Notes under the pieces: generated by a model | What the model saw: only the letters and a program-made list of their open reading frames with translations | What the model was told of the DNA's origin: nothing | The model's database searches: none | IMG/VR virus record: IMGVR_UViG_3300005758_000578 | Coordinates: 1-64,000 of that record | Direction: 5' to 3' (one strand) | Length of the DNA: 64,000 nucleotides | Source: a virus | Part shown: positions 27,844-37,036 of the stretch, piece by piece | Numbering within the stretch: the stretch's first letter is position 1 | Layout: each line of letters starts with the position of its first letter | Program-made: the position numbers and the translations under genes

Positions 27844-29826
27844 ATGAAGAGACACTGGGTAATGGATATAGAAACTATGTCAGACTTCTTCTGTGCTGTA
27901 TTTGAGCACTATAAAGAAGAGTCTGTAATAGAGTTTGTAATATCCTTTAATCAAAATCAAATTAAAGACTTAATAGATTTTATCAATGAGAACATTAAAG
28001 GTGATGAATGGCATATCAGTTTTAATGGCCTTGACTTTGATGCACAAGTAATACAGTATATCATTGATCATACTCAGGAACTTACTAAATTAGAGTCAAC
28101 AGCAATTACAGACAAACTATATAAAGTAGCACAAGACATTATTCATAGAAAGAATAATGGCGAGTTTGCATTATATAGTCACAAGCAATTGAAAATCAAT
28201 CAGATAGATTTATTTAAACTTAATCACTGGGATAATCCGGCCAAAAGTTCTAGCCTTAAATGGTTAGAATATACCCTAGATTGGCACAATGTAGAAGAGA
28301 TGCCTATTCATCATAGTGATAGTATAGATACTATTGAGAAACAAAAGATGGTACTAAGCTATTGTAGAAATGATGTAAAGTTCACCAAGAAGATAATGGA
28401 GTTTAGTAAATCCCAAATTGCTTTACGTGGTGCACTTACAAAAGAATATGGTATTAATCTATACAGTGCTAGTGAGCCAAGAATATCTAAAGAGTTATTT
28501 AAGTATTTCTTATCTAAAGCTACCGGGATTAGTAGTTATGAGCTCAACGGTCTTAGGACTAATAGAACTCTCATCAAAGTAAATGATATCATACTAGACT
28601 ATGTAAACTTTAAAACACCAGAGTTGCAGGCGCTGCTAGCAAAGTTTAGAACTATTGAACTAGATCCTAAAGAAACTAAAGGTGGATTTTCTCATAGTAT
28701 AAACTACAAAGGCATGCAAACAGACTTTGGTCTTGGTGGTTTACATGGTGCACGTTCAGGAATCTTTGAAGCAAAGAATGGAATGATAATTATGACATCA
28801 GATGTTGTAAGTTATTATCCTAACCTAGCTATTAAGAATAAATGGGCACCGGCACATCTTCCTAAAGAAGAGTTCTGTGAGCAGTATGAGTGGTTCTTTA
28901 CAGAGCGTAAGAAGATTCCTAAGAAAGATCCAAAGAACTATGTATACAAGATTATCTTGAACAGTACTTATGGTCTTAGCAATGATAAGAATAGCTTTCT
29001 GTATGATCCAGAGTTTACTATGCGTATTACTATTAATGGTCAGCTTAGTCTATGTATGTTGTATGAGATGATTGCAGAAGGTATTCCTGGTTCTATTCCT
29101 ATTATGCAGAATACAGATGGTCTAGAAATGATGATACCTGAAGAATACAAAGCTAAATATCTTGAGATATGTGCTGAATGGGAAAGGATAACTCAGTTAT
29201 CACTTGAACATGATCAGTATCATAAGATGATTATTGGTGATGTAAACAACTACATTGGTATAAACACTCACAGGGAAGTAGATCAAGAGACTCTAAATTA
29301 TCTTAAGAAAGATGAGCCCTATTATGTTTATACTGACACTGGATATTCCCCGGTAAAATGTAAAGGTAGATTTGAGTTTCACAACTTAGCATTACATAAG
29401 AATAAATCTTTCTTAATCATAAGAAAAGCGCTCTATAATTACTTTGTATTTAATACTCCTGTAGATAAGACTGTTCTAGAATCTAGAAACATTGTTGACT
29501 TCTGTGGTGGTATAAAAGCAAAAGGTGATTGGAGATTTACAAGCAATTGTATGATTAAAGGTGTTCTCATGACAGAACCACTACAGAAAATTGTAAGATA
29601 TTATATCTCTAATAAAGGTTGTAAAATACTAAAACAACATAGAGATGGTAGAATCATACAAGTAGAATCCGGTAGATGGTTACAGACTACTCTAAATAAA
29701 TTAGATAAAAAAGAATGGTCTGGTTATGATATCAACTATGATTATTATATTAATAATGCAATTCGTGAAATCATGAATGTGTGTCCAGAAAGAATATCCT
29801 ATCAACAATTAGAACTAAGCTTATGA
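27844..29826 (+). CDS. polB: Family B DNA polymerase
   Basis: Exonuclease DIET, FNG..FD and YC.NDV; polymerase DVVSYYP, KIILNSTYG and NTDG. Confidence 0.92.
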   Translation: MKRHWVMDIETMSDFFCAVFEHYKEESVIEFVISFNQNQIKDLIDFINENIKGDEWHISFNGLDFDAQVIQYIIDHTQELTKLESTAITDKLYKVAQDIIHRKNNGEFALYSHKQLKINQIDLFKLNHWDNPAKSSSLKWLEYTLDWHNVEEMPIHHSDSIDTIEKQKMVLSYCRNDVKFTKKIMEFSKSQIALRGALTKEYGINLYSASEPRISKELFKYFLSKATGISSYELNGLRTNRTLIKVNDIILDYVNFKTPELQALLAKFRTIELDPKETKGGFSHSINYKGMQTDFGLGGLHGARSGIFEAKNGMIIMTSDVVSYYPNLAIKNKWAPAHLPKEEFCEQYEWFFTERKKIPKKDPKNYVYKIILNSTYGLSNDKNSFLYDPEFTMRITINGQLSLCMLYEMIAEGIPGSIPIMQNTDGLEMMIPEEYKAKYLEICAEWERITQLSLEHDQYHKMIIGDVNNYIGINTHREVDQETLNYLKKDEPYYVYTDTGYSPVKCKGRFEFHNLALHKNKSFLIIRKALYNYFVFNTPVDKTVLESRNIVDFCGGIKAKGDWRFTSNCMIKGVLMTEPLQKIVRYYISNKGCKILKQHRDGRIIQVESGRWLQTTLNKLDKKEWSGYDINYDYYINNAIREIMNVCPERISYQQLELSL

Positions 29827-30077
29827 TAACTATAGAGAAACAACCGATTCACAAGACAGAAATCTTTATTCACAATGGTACTTACACAACCAAGGATGTA
29901 TGGGAAGATGAGATTGAGCTAACTGCTTATCCCTTCTCATGCACCTTAAGAATAGATCATTTACAACAATCTTTAAGTTCTACAGTAGTTTGGCCACAGT
30001 TAAAACCTGCAGGGGCTGCTGCTTTAGAATTAGAGATTGAGACTAAATTAAAACAGATGTATGTCAACTCTAAATGA
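29823..30077 (+). CDS. Hypothetical protein
   Basis: ATGA-coupled to PolB (MITIEK). Confidence 0.55.
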   Translation: MITIEKQPIHKTEIFIHNGTYTTKDVWEDEIELTAYPFSCTLRIDHLQQSLSSTVVWPQLKPAGAAALELEIETKLKQMYVNSK

Positions 30078-30555
30078 TAAAGAATTATTACAGATACAAG
30101 TGCACAACTTAAAGTTAGCGCTTAAAAGAAAACAAGAACAAATTGATAAATTAAAACACGCACATAGTGCTGAAGTACTAAAGATAAAAAAGGAGTATGG
30201 TATGAAGTTATTAAACTTACGTATCACTATGTCCACTAAAAAAGTACCAGGTGATAACTATGTTCCCATTCTTTGCAGTATTCTACATACTATTACAGGA
30301 GTATCTTCAAAAGATATTTTAAGTAATTCCCGGAAAAGAGAGTTTATAATACCTAGATATGTTATTATTCATATTCTTAGAATGGAGGGTAAGACATTAC
30401 AGTATATTGGAAAACTAATAAATAACCAGCATCATGCTACAATATTACATGCTGTTAGATGTGTAGAAGACTGGATAAACTACCCGGATTATTACAAACC
30501 TGAACTGAATGTTTATAATAAAGCAAAGAAAATGTTTGAAGAATTAAAAAAGTGA
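30061..30555 (+). CDS. Coiled-coil plus DnaA C-terminal (domain IV) HTH protein
   Basis: SRKREFIIPR..TLQYIGK..HHATILHAVRCVE. Confidence 0.75.
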   Translation: MSTLNDKELLQIQVHNLKLALKRKQEQIDKLKHAHSAEVLKIKKEYGMKLLNLRITMSTKKVPGDNYVPILCSILHTITGVSSKDILSNSRKREFIIPRYVIIHILRMEGKTLQYIGKLINNQHHATILHAVRCVEDWINYPDYYKPELNVYNKAKKMFEELKK

Positions 30556-30564
30556 TTATATTTG
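30535..30564 (+). promoter_or_regulatory. Bacteroidota sigma-A promoter (-33 TTTG, -7 TATATTTG)
   Basis: TTTG 30535-38, an 18-nt spacer, then TAnnTTTG 30557-64. Confidence 0.6.
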
Positions 30565-30568
30565 TATG

Positions 30569-30645
30569 GTCTTCTAATTTTTCATAGTAAGCTGCTCACA
30601 AAGTGTATCAGGTTATGCCTGTTTCCTGATACACTAGAGTGGCTT
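30569..30645 (+). ncRNA. Putative antisense small RNA
   Basis: Follows the promoter; its 5' part matches 38068-38091; long hairpin 30589-30645 with G.U pairs that work only on the + strand. Confidence 0.5.
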
Positions 30646-30654
30646 TAATTACAC

Positions 30655-30674
30655 TCCTTGGTAGCTCAGTTGGT
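30655..30674 (+). pseudogene. tRNA 5' fragment
   Basis: TCCTTGG-TA-GCTC-AGTTGGT (acceptor strand plus D-arm start); no anticodon or T arm follows. Confidence 0.5.
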
Positions 30675-30733
30675 CTATCATTAAATGATTAATTTTATTT
30701 GTTAATCATTTTTATTTTTTCTATATTATATAT

Positions 30734-31072
30734 ATGGAAGAAATAAAAAATTGTAAACGTCACGGTCTTACATCTTATGTAAAAAGAAAAGATGGAAGAT
30801 TTAGATGTAAAAAATGTACTGTTGATGCAGTACAAAAAAGAAGAAAGAAATTAAAAGCATTAGCTGTAGAATACAAAAATAATAAGTGTGAAAAATGTGG
30901 TTATGATAAATGTTTTTCTGCCTTACAATTTCACCATATTGACCCAGAAAAAAAAGAATTTGCCATAGGTTATAAAGGTTATACTAAATCTTGGGAAAAT
31001 GTAAAAAAAGAATTAGATAAATGTATACTTTTGTGTGCAAATTGTCATGCAGAATTACATAATTGTAATTAA
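30734..31072 (+). CDS. HNH endonuclease
   Basis: CEKCGY..LQFHH.DP..CILLCANCHAELH. Confidence 0.85.
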   Translation: MEEIKNCKRHGLTSYVKRKDGRFRCKKCTVDAVQKRRKKLKALAVEYKNNKCEKCGYDKCFSALQFHHIDPEKKEFAIGYKGYTKSWENVKKELDKCILLCANCHAELHNCN

Positions 31073-31074
31073 CT

Positions 31075-31266
31075 TTGAAAAAGTTTATTATATATCTTAT
31101 AACTTGGATATCTAGTAATTTGTCCATACCTTTCTGGATGATTGGACATGTACATCTTACTATGAATATCTATGAAGATATATATGAGATTATTGCATCA
31201 ATGGGTATGAATATATTAGTAGCCATTGGATTTTATTTAGATTGGAAAAAACAACAAAACACATGA
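31075..31266 (+). CDS. Small membrane protein
   Basis: Two hydrophobic segments; TTG start. Confidence 0.5.
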   Translation: MKKFIIYLITWISSNLSIPFWMIGHVHLTMNIYEDIYEIIASMGMNILVAIGFYLDWKKQQNT

Positions 31267-31550
31267 ATACATTTACACTTAGAGGAAGAAGAATTCTTCT
31301 TAACAAACCACACAAAGAAACCTTTGGTATTGAATTAACAGAAGCTGCTAAAGCTGAAGTTGATGCAGAAATGATGAAGAAATGGACAGCATTAGAAGTA
31401 TATGCTGTTGGTGCCGAAGTAACTGAAGTAAAAGTAGCGGATAAAGTATATATCCCTAGCTACGTTCTACAAAGCGCTGAGATAGTTGATATGCAAGAAG
31501 AAGGCATTAAGATTATGGTAGGTGAGCAAGACATTGCCATTATTTGGTAA
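31263..31550 (+). CDS. groES: GroES-like co-chaperonin
   Basis: LRGRRILL..GIEL..VYAVG..VKVADKVY..EQDIAIIW. Confidence 0.7.
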   Translation: MNTFTLRGRRILLNKPHKETFGIELTEAAKAEVDAEMMKKWTALEVYAVGAEVTEVKVADKVYIPSYVLQSAEIVDMQEEGIKIMVGEQDIAIIW

Positions 31551-31630
31551 TACTAGGTAACCACTAACCCACTGGTAATAGGCTTTGATGGATGATGGAA
31601 AAGCTAAATCATGTAAGTCCTGCCTAGTTT

Positions 31631-32317
31631 TTAATCACTAAAGGTTTTATATACCTCAAGTATAGGAGCTACTATACTGTGTCTATGGTTCTGCATTAGA
31701 GCAAAGACTTTAAATCCTTCTACATGTTCTTCTATACGTGCTAGAAAACTAAAGCCGGATGTCTTTTTATCTTTAAGATCTATCTGAGCAATATCCCCAC
31801 AAATTACCATCTTACTATCTTTACCCAATCTACCCAGAATTGCCTCCATTTGAGAGTGTGTAACGTTCTGGGCCTCATCTACAATGATGAAACTATTTAC
31901 AAACGTCCTGCCACGTACAAATGCAAAAGGTACAATCTCAATATTCCCAAACTCTATTTCTTTATCTATCTTCTCTTTATTATAGAGCCCGTATAAATTG
32001 TGATAGATAGGTGCTAACCAGGGATCCATTTTTTCTTTAATGTCTCCGGGTAAGAATCCTATATCTTCTTTAGATACTGTAGGTCTTGTGATAACTATCT
32101 TATCAACCTCTTTATTAAATAACATATCTAAGGCAACCTGGCAGGCTACAAGTGTCTTACCTGAGCCCGCCATACCTTTTAATACAGTTATAGGATTATC
32201 TAGAATTAGAGACTTAGCTCTTTTCTGTTCCTCATTTAAGCTTATCTGAAACTTAATGGGATTCTTAGGCCTTCTTTTTGCTTTGAAGACCTCATCTTCA
32301 TGTGAGTTTGATGTCAT
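31631..32317 (-). CDS. phoH: PhoH-family ATPase
   Basis: GMAGSGKT, ITRP, GFLPG, RGRTF, DEAQN and GD.AQ.D motifs. Confidence 0.93.
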   Translation of the reverse strand: MTSNSHEDEVFKAKRRPKNPIKFQISLNEEQKRAKSLILDNPITVLKGMAGSGKTLVACQVALDMLFNKEVDKIVITRPTVSKEDIGFLPGDIKEKMDPWLAPIYHNLYGLYNKEKIDKEIEFGNIEIVPFAFVRGRTFVNSFIIVDEAQNVTHSQMEAILGRLGKDSKMVICGDIAQIDLKDKKTSGFSFLARIEEHVEGFKVFALMQNHRHSIVAPILEVYKTFSD

Positions 32318-32499
32318 GCTTGTTCTCCGTTGCAGCAAGGTACAGCATTTTGTTTACATACAGGACACTGATAGTGACCATGTACAAAAATATATTCTAC
32401 CTTGCTATTACAAAATACGCAATAATCAGAAGTTTTTATGCATGAGAGATTCTTGCACTCCTGATTGTCCGTGGTATTTGCTTCCTGGTTTTTTATCAT
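32314..32499 (-). CDS. Small zinc-ribbon protein
   Basis: CVFC..VHGHYQCPVC..PCC; stop is coupled to the PhoH start; start uncertain. Confidence 0.45.
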   Translation of the reverse strand: MIKNQEANTTDNQECKNLSCIKTSDYCVFCNSKVEYIFVHGHYQCPVCKQNAVPCCNGEQA

Positions 32500-32959
32500 A
32501 TGTTTGAAGAATTTTACCAGCAACCCGCTCAAATTTAATTTGGCAGATTTTCATGTTGGGATAAATACGTAGTGGTTTAATCACACGCATTTCTAATACA
32601 AGAGATCCTACAAATCCGGAATCAATAAATCCTGCACATACATGGATATCTAAACCTAATCTACCAAGACTAGACTTACCCATAACTGTAGCACAGATAT
32701 CTTCTTTTACTCCAATTGTTTCATTACAAGAGTAAAGATATAACTCACCTGGTTGCAGTACATAACCTTCTTCAGGAATATCAAACTCTTCTACAGGGTT
32801 TGGTTTCCTACAATCCAATGTTTCAGCTATATAAACTTTACATTTAGGATTTAAAGTTAAATCTACAGAGTTTGGATTTAAATGTTCTTGTTTAAAAGGA
32901 GAGATAATAATCATACCTCTCTCGTGTTCTAATAAGATTTCAGAGTCAGCTAATACCAT
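32426..32959 (-). CDS. dcd: dCTP deaminase
   Basis: NPNSVDLTL, GKSSLGRLG, AGFIDSGF.G.LVLE and KYHGQ motifs. Confidence 0.92.
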   Translation of the reverse strand: MVLADSEILLEHERGMIIISPFKQEHLNPNSVDLTLNPKCKVYIAETLDCRKPNPVEEFDIPEEGYVLQPGELYLYSCNETIGVKEDICATVMGKSSLGRLGLDIHVCAGFIDSGFVGSLVLEMRVIKPLRIYPNMKICQIKFERVAGKILQTYDKKPGSKYHGQSGVQESLMHKNF

Positions 32960-32964
32960 AATGA

Positions 32965-32972
32965 CAAAGATA
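32965..32972 (-). promoter_or_regulatory. Bacteroidota -7 promoter box
   Basis: TATCTTTG on the - strand just upstream of dcd. Confidence 0.5.
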
Positions 32973-32979
32973 GGGATTA

Positions 32980-33126
32980 TTATCTACCCTGACCACGATA
33001 TTTTGATTGAGGTGTGGCTTTTGGTCCAACAGACTTATGAGCTTTACCCTTCTTCTTATTTACTTGTTTAGGAGCTAAAGTCTTAGCTAAACCGCCACTA
33101 CTTTTCTTTGCTTTTGGAGCTGCCAT
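32980..33126 (-). CDS. Small basic protein ending YRGQGR
   Basis: Lys-rich, 48 aa; the YRGQG C-terminus is common in small phage proteins. Confidence 0.65.
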   Translation of the reverse strand: MAAPKAKKSSGGLAKTLAPKQVNKKKGKAHKSVGPKATPQSKYRGQGR

Positions 33127-33392
33127 TATTCTGCTTTTGATAAACCTAATTTCTCTAATGCCCAATCAACCATCCAGTCAATTGATTGATCATTGTTGTT
33201 TTTCCAGTCATGAAACTCATACTGATCCATCTCAATATAATTAGCAGTTACACTGTTGTTATCTTCAAGATTATCAACGAGTTCATAGTAAAACTTAGCA
33301 GTAACATCTTCAGGAAGAATATTCATTGCACCAATGTTAAAATATTCTACTAGTACACCTTCTTCTGTAACGTATGGTTTAATATGTATCAT
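33126..33392 (-). CDS. Hypothetical protein (tail-associated?)
   Basis: 88-aa ORF downstream of the tail gene. Confidence 0.6.
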   Translation of the reverse strand: MIHIKPYVTEEGVLVEYFNIGAMNILPEDVTAKFYYELVDNLEDNNSVTANYIEMDQYEFHDWKNNNDQSIDWMVDWALEKLGLSKAE

Positions 33393-33420
33393 ATATATAA
33401 TATAGTCAAAAAATTAAAAT

Positions 33421-33451
33421 AAAAAAAGGCAACCGGTTAAGATTGCCTTTT
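33421..33451 (-). terminator. Intrinsic terminator
   Basis: AAAAGGCAA..TTGCCTTTTTTT on the - strand. Confidence 0.7.
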
Positions 33452-33470
33452 CTATAGAGTTAATTATATC

Positions 33471-36293
33471 TTACCAGAATATAAGAGCCCGGAATAATTC
33501 CTGACCATTATGTCTCATAATATACAAGAACTTCAAACCTTCAGGTGTACTAATAATTTCCATACGGTTTCCAACTAAAGCAGTTGAGTGACCATAAGGA
33601 ATAGTACCCGCATTTTCCATAGTTCTAGTTGTAATATCTAATCTATAAATACGGTTAGTAGATTCTTTGTTTATGTATACATATTTACCACCGTCATAAG
33701 CATACATGGTACCGGTGGTAAATGTTTCAAACTGAGGACTAATGAATGGAGTATAGTCATACTTTTCAGTAGTGATATCATATATATCAAATGCGTTCCA
33801 TCCACTACCTCTAGGTGCTAAAAAGTATTTATCCATACCTGCTCCAAATAACCAGTTAAATTCAATACCTACACCTCTTACAGGAATAGAATAAATTACG
33901 TAGTTAGTAGTTGTAGCCGGAGCAACGTTAGCACTAAATGTAAGTGTGTTACTAGTATTTGATGTAACAGTTTGCTCAATCATAGTACCGGTGGAACTTA
34001 GATACCTAAAACGTTTACCTGACCACTGGTTAGTAATCCAGTTTTTAGTAGTATCTACAAGAGTACTTGTAGAACCACCTGTAGCAAGACCAAATGTATC
34101 CATGATCTCATATCTGGTTGTTGCATCTGGAGTAAATGTTTGAGTGGGATAAGTAATTGTGGTCTCAGTGTTTGAAGTAATTGTAATCTCATTACCCAAA
34201 CCAGTACCCGCAACAATTCTTATTCTGTAACTATTCCATGCTCCTGGAATCCATGCTTTGCTTGTATCAACTAAAGTAGTTGTACTACCAGAAGTAGCAT
34301 AACCGTAAGGTTGCATGTTACTCTGTCTAAATTGTGAATCTCTACCAAGAGCAGCACAATCTTGAATAATATATCTGTTACCTGCAGCAACGTTACCTGT
34401 AGCAGCAATAAGGGTAAGTGTAGTTGCAGTATTAGAGGCAATACGCATCCAAGAAATAGCTCCAGCTGGACCTGCAGATACAGTACCAACTAATTTACCA
34501 GTATGTTCATTTACATCCCAGTTAGCAGTAGGATCAACAATCAAAGAAGTACTTAATGTATTTGCGTTTGCCATGTTAGCTGTAGCTGTAATCGCAATAT
34601 CAAATGTATTTGTAGTTGTTTGATCATTTCCAATAATAGTGTAAACAGTATTCCAAGCTGCTTCAGAACATCCGGTAATTGTTACACTATCTCCAATCTT
34701 AAAGAAATGTGCTGTGTTGGTAGTAATTAATCCAACTGTACCAATTGTAGTAATATTAATAGTACAACCAGTACCAGTACCTCCAGTAGTTGCAGAAGTA
34801 CCAGTAGCATATCCAGATCCTGCACGTCTTAATGATACAGTCAATACAGCACCCGCAGCATTAATAGTTTCTACAGTAACTTTTCCATTAGAACCAGTAG
34901 TACTTAAAGTAAGTACATCACCAATTTTATAACCAGAACCTCCAGCTACAGGAACAGAGTTTACAGCTCTTACACCGTTAGTATTTCTAACACCACTACC
35001 TACAGAAATTGGTAATGATCCATCAATAGTTGCGGAAATACCTGACATAATACCATAATCAAAGATTTCTCCAGTTGCCCATAAATCAGCTTCAATACTA
35101 TACTTTAATGTTGCAGATAAACCTGCACCACTAAACCAAATAGAATCAGTGTTACCATAAACTTCATACTGTGAAGTTGAATCGGGGTTAGTAGTCCATT
35201 TCTTTTCTACCTCAAAGTAATTTGATTTGTTAGCTACAATCCTTCTTCTTTGTCCTATACCTGTACCAGCAGTAATACGAATTTGATAGTTTCTATATCT
35301 ATCAACTTCCATTGAAGCTCCCGTATTTACTAATGTTCTTGATGTACCAGATGTAGCAGTTCCGGATGTAAACATTCCACCCACTTCACCAGTTCTTTCA
35401 ATACTTAAATCAGAACCAGCAGCTGCAGTAAATAAACCGTTAGGAATAGTTTTTACATACCAAACATCAGTTAATACATCATAAAAACTTAAAGCTGCAT
35501 AAGGAGTACCAGATTGTGCAGTAAATGCCCATAATCCACCGGTTAAAATTAAGAATCTTGATTTATCTGTAAAAGGAGCTGGAGGTAATGAACTTAAAGT
35601 TATGTACTGAGAAGAGATAACATAATCTGTTGCAGAAGTAGAACCACCTGCAGTTGGACCACTAATAAATCCCCAGTTATCCCAAGACTCATGCATTTGC
35701 AAGTTGTTATCTTGGAAATACAAAGTAGTATCAGTGTTATATAATACAGTACGTTGTTGTGTAGCATTTGTACCAAATACTACACGTACAGAATAACCAG
35801 CCCACTGATTGGTTTTCCACTTCTTTGTACTATCAGTTATAGTAGTGGTACCACCACCAGTTACGGTACCAAAATCTTCTATAATTTCATCACCTACCGC
35901 AACAATAGTTCCTTTGTAACCGGCATTAGGACCGTATAGAATTCTAAACTCTTTATTTAAAAGAGCAGTACCACCTTTAAGAAAAGGAATTTTTTTCTGT
36001 GCAGGATTTAAAGGATTCTCACCAAGAGTTCTACCACGGTTACCACTATACTTAGAATATCTTAATCCATACGTAGTTACTGGAGTATACAAGTTAGTAG
36101 CTAACTGCATCCAGGTATCAGCTTTTACAGAGTATCTAAATAAAGTAGTGTTAGGTAAATAGTAAATATACTCATCTAATCCATCTTCTGCAGTAGCCCA
36201 GGCACTTAATGCAACACTAGTTACTGGAGCAAACCTACCCCATTCCCAAACCGGTTGATCAACTACTGTTTTTAAATTATTAGTAAATGCCAT
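33471..36293 (-). CDS. Tail/receptor-binding protein with beta-propeller-like blades and ~5 internal repeats
   Basis: T/G/S-rich; repeats of the form G.ATxG.xTLVD...W..N.W....R...GTG; Kelch-like Y..D.W segments. Confidence 0.7.
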   Translation of the reverse strand: MAFTNNLKTVVDQPVWEWGRFAPVTSVALSAWATAEDGLDEYIYYLPNTTLFRYSVKADTWMQLATNLYTPVTTYGLRYSKYSGNRGRTLGENPLNPAQKKIPFLKGGTALLNKEFRILYGPNAGYKGTIVAVGDEIIEDFGTVTGGGTTTITDSTKKWKTNQWAGYSVRVVFGTNATQQRTVLYNTDTTLYFQDNNLQMHESWDNWGFISGPTAGGSTSATDYVISSQYITLSSLPPAPFTDKSRFLILTGGLWAFTAQSGTPYAALSFYDVLTDVWYVKTIPNGLFTAAAGSDLSIERTGEVGGMFTSGTATSGTSRTLVNTGASMEVDRYRNYQIRITAGTGIGQRRRIVANKSNYFEVEKKWTTNPDSTSQYEVYGNTDSIWFSGAGLSATLKYSIEADLWATGEIFDYGIMSGISATIDGSLPISVGSGVRNTNGVRAVNSVPVAGGSGYKIGDVLTLSTTGSNGKVTVETINAAGAVLTVSLRRAGSGYATGTSATTGGTGTGCTINITTIGTVGLITTNTAHFFKIGDSVTITGCSEAAWNTVYTIIGNDQTTTNTFDIAITATANMANANTLSTSLIVDPTANWDVNEHTGKLVGTVSAGPAGAISWMRIASNTATTLTLIAATGNVAAGNRYIIQDCAALGRDSQFRQSNMQPYGYATSGSTTTLVDTSKAWIPGAWNSYRIRIVAGTGLGNEITITSNTETTITYPTQTFTPDATTRYEIMDTFGLATGGSTSTLVDTTKNWITNQWSGKRFRYLSSTGTMIEQTVTSNTSNTLTFSANVAPATTTNYVIYSIPVRGVGIEFNWLFGAGMDKYFLAPRGSGWNAFDIYDITTEKYDYTPFISPQFETFTTGTMYAYDGGKYVYINKESTNRIYRLDITTRTMENAGTIPYGHSTALVGNRMEIISTPEGLKFLYIMRHNGQELFRALIFW

Positions 36294-36295
36294 AA

Positions 36296-36574
36296 TTAGA
36301 ATGTTAAGTTTTGTCTAATACCGTTAGCAAACATATTACGTGCAATATCCATAGCTTGATATCTATAATCAATACCTCCAAAAGTTTGAACGTTTTGAAT
36401 ATAAGTAGTACCTTCTATTACAATACGTTGTCTTTGGGCAATATCTTGTGTAGCAATTGGTGCAAGCATCTGCACTAGTCTTCTTAGTAAGATTATACCT
36501 TCTTCAGTAGCAGGATCAATTACAGCGCCAGTACTATCTTCTAATTGAAGTTGTTTTTCATCTATGTAACTCAT
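36296..36574 (-). CDS. Virion-associated hypothetical protein
   Basis: 92-aa ORF directly upstream of the tail gene. Confidence 0.65.
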   Translation of the reverse strand: MSYIDEKQLQLEDSTGAVIDPATEEGIILLRRLVQMLAPIATQDIAQRQRIVIEGTTYIQNVQTFGGIDYRYQAMDIARNMFANGIRQNLTF

Positions 36575-36576
36575 GA

Positions 36577-36987
36577 TTATATTATATTCCAGTTTGTTAA
36601 GTGTGGGTACAAATTTAAAGAAGTCTTATTCTTCATCTGTACATTAGGATTAAATTCTATTGTTTGTCCGGAGTGTGGATTTATAATAACCGGATTAGGA
36701 CCTATATTCTTAATGGTATATCCTTGAGGATTAGCAATACTAATAATTGGTAACGTAATTGTAACTGGTCCAGATGTAGAATCCACTAAAATAATACTGT
36801 CAGTGGATGTTACTATATAGTCTCCACTGACAGTTGATTCGGTTGGTCCTTGTAATAAACTTGCAGCAATGTAGCGCAAGTGTACAGCAGCTCTCCTGTA
36901 TTGAATATCTTTAGAGCTAACGTATAACTTTTCAGTCTCGTTAGCCCACATATTTAATTCAGCGGCTATGTTCTGTATTTTTGACAT
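36577..36987 (-). CDS. Tail-fibre-like small protein
   Basis: DYIVTSTDSIILVDSTSGPVTITLP..IKN motif typical of tail proteins. Confidence 0.65.
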   Translation of the reverse strand: MSKIQNIAAELNMWANETEKLYVSSKDIQYRRAAVHLRYIAASLLQGPTESTVSGDYIVTSTDSIILVDSTSGPVTITLPIISIANPQGYTIKNIGPNPVIINPHSGQTIEFNPNVQMKNKTSLNLYPHLTNWNII

Positions 36988-37036
36988 CTCTATCCCTCAT
37001 ATATAAAATACAGCATTTCAGGGATATATGGATGCT

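Noticed and set aside
30565-31630. Self-cleaving ribozyme (hammerhead or HDV/theta) near the tRNA remnant
   Set aside because: I could not find the CUGAUGA/GAAA core or an HDV-like nested pseudoknot by eye.
9535-32959. Uracil-substituted or hypermodified genome inferred from dcd and DUF1599
   Set aside because: An intact-looking UDG argues against dU DNA, and no base-modifying transferase is visible in the window.
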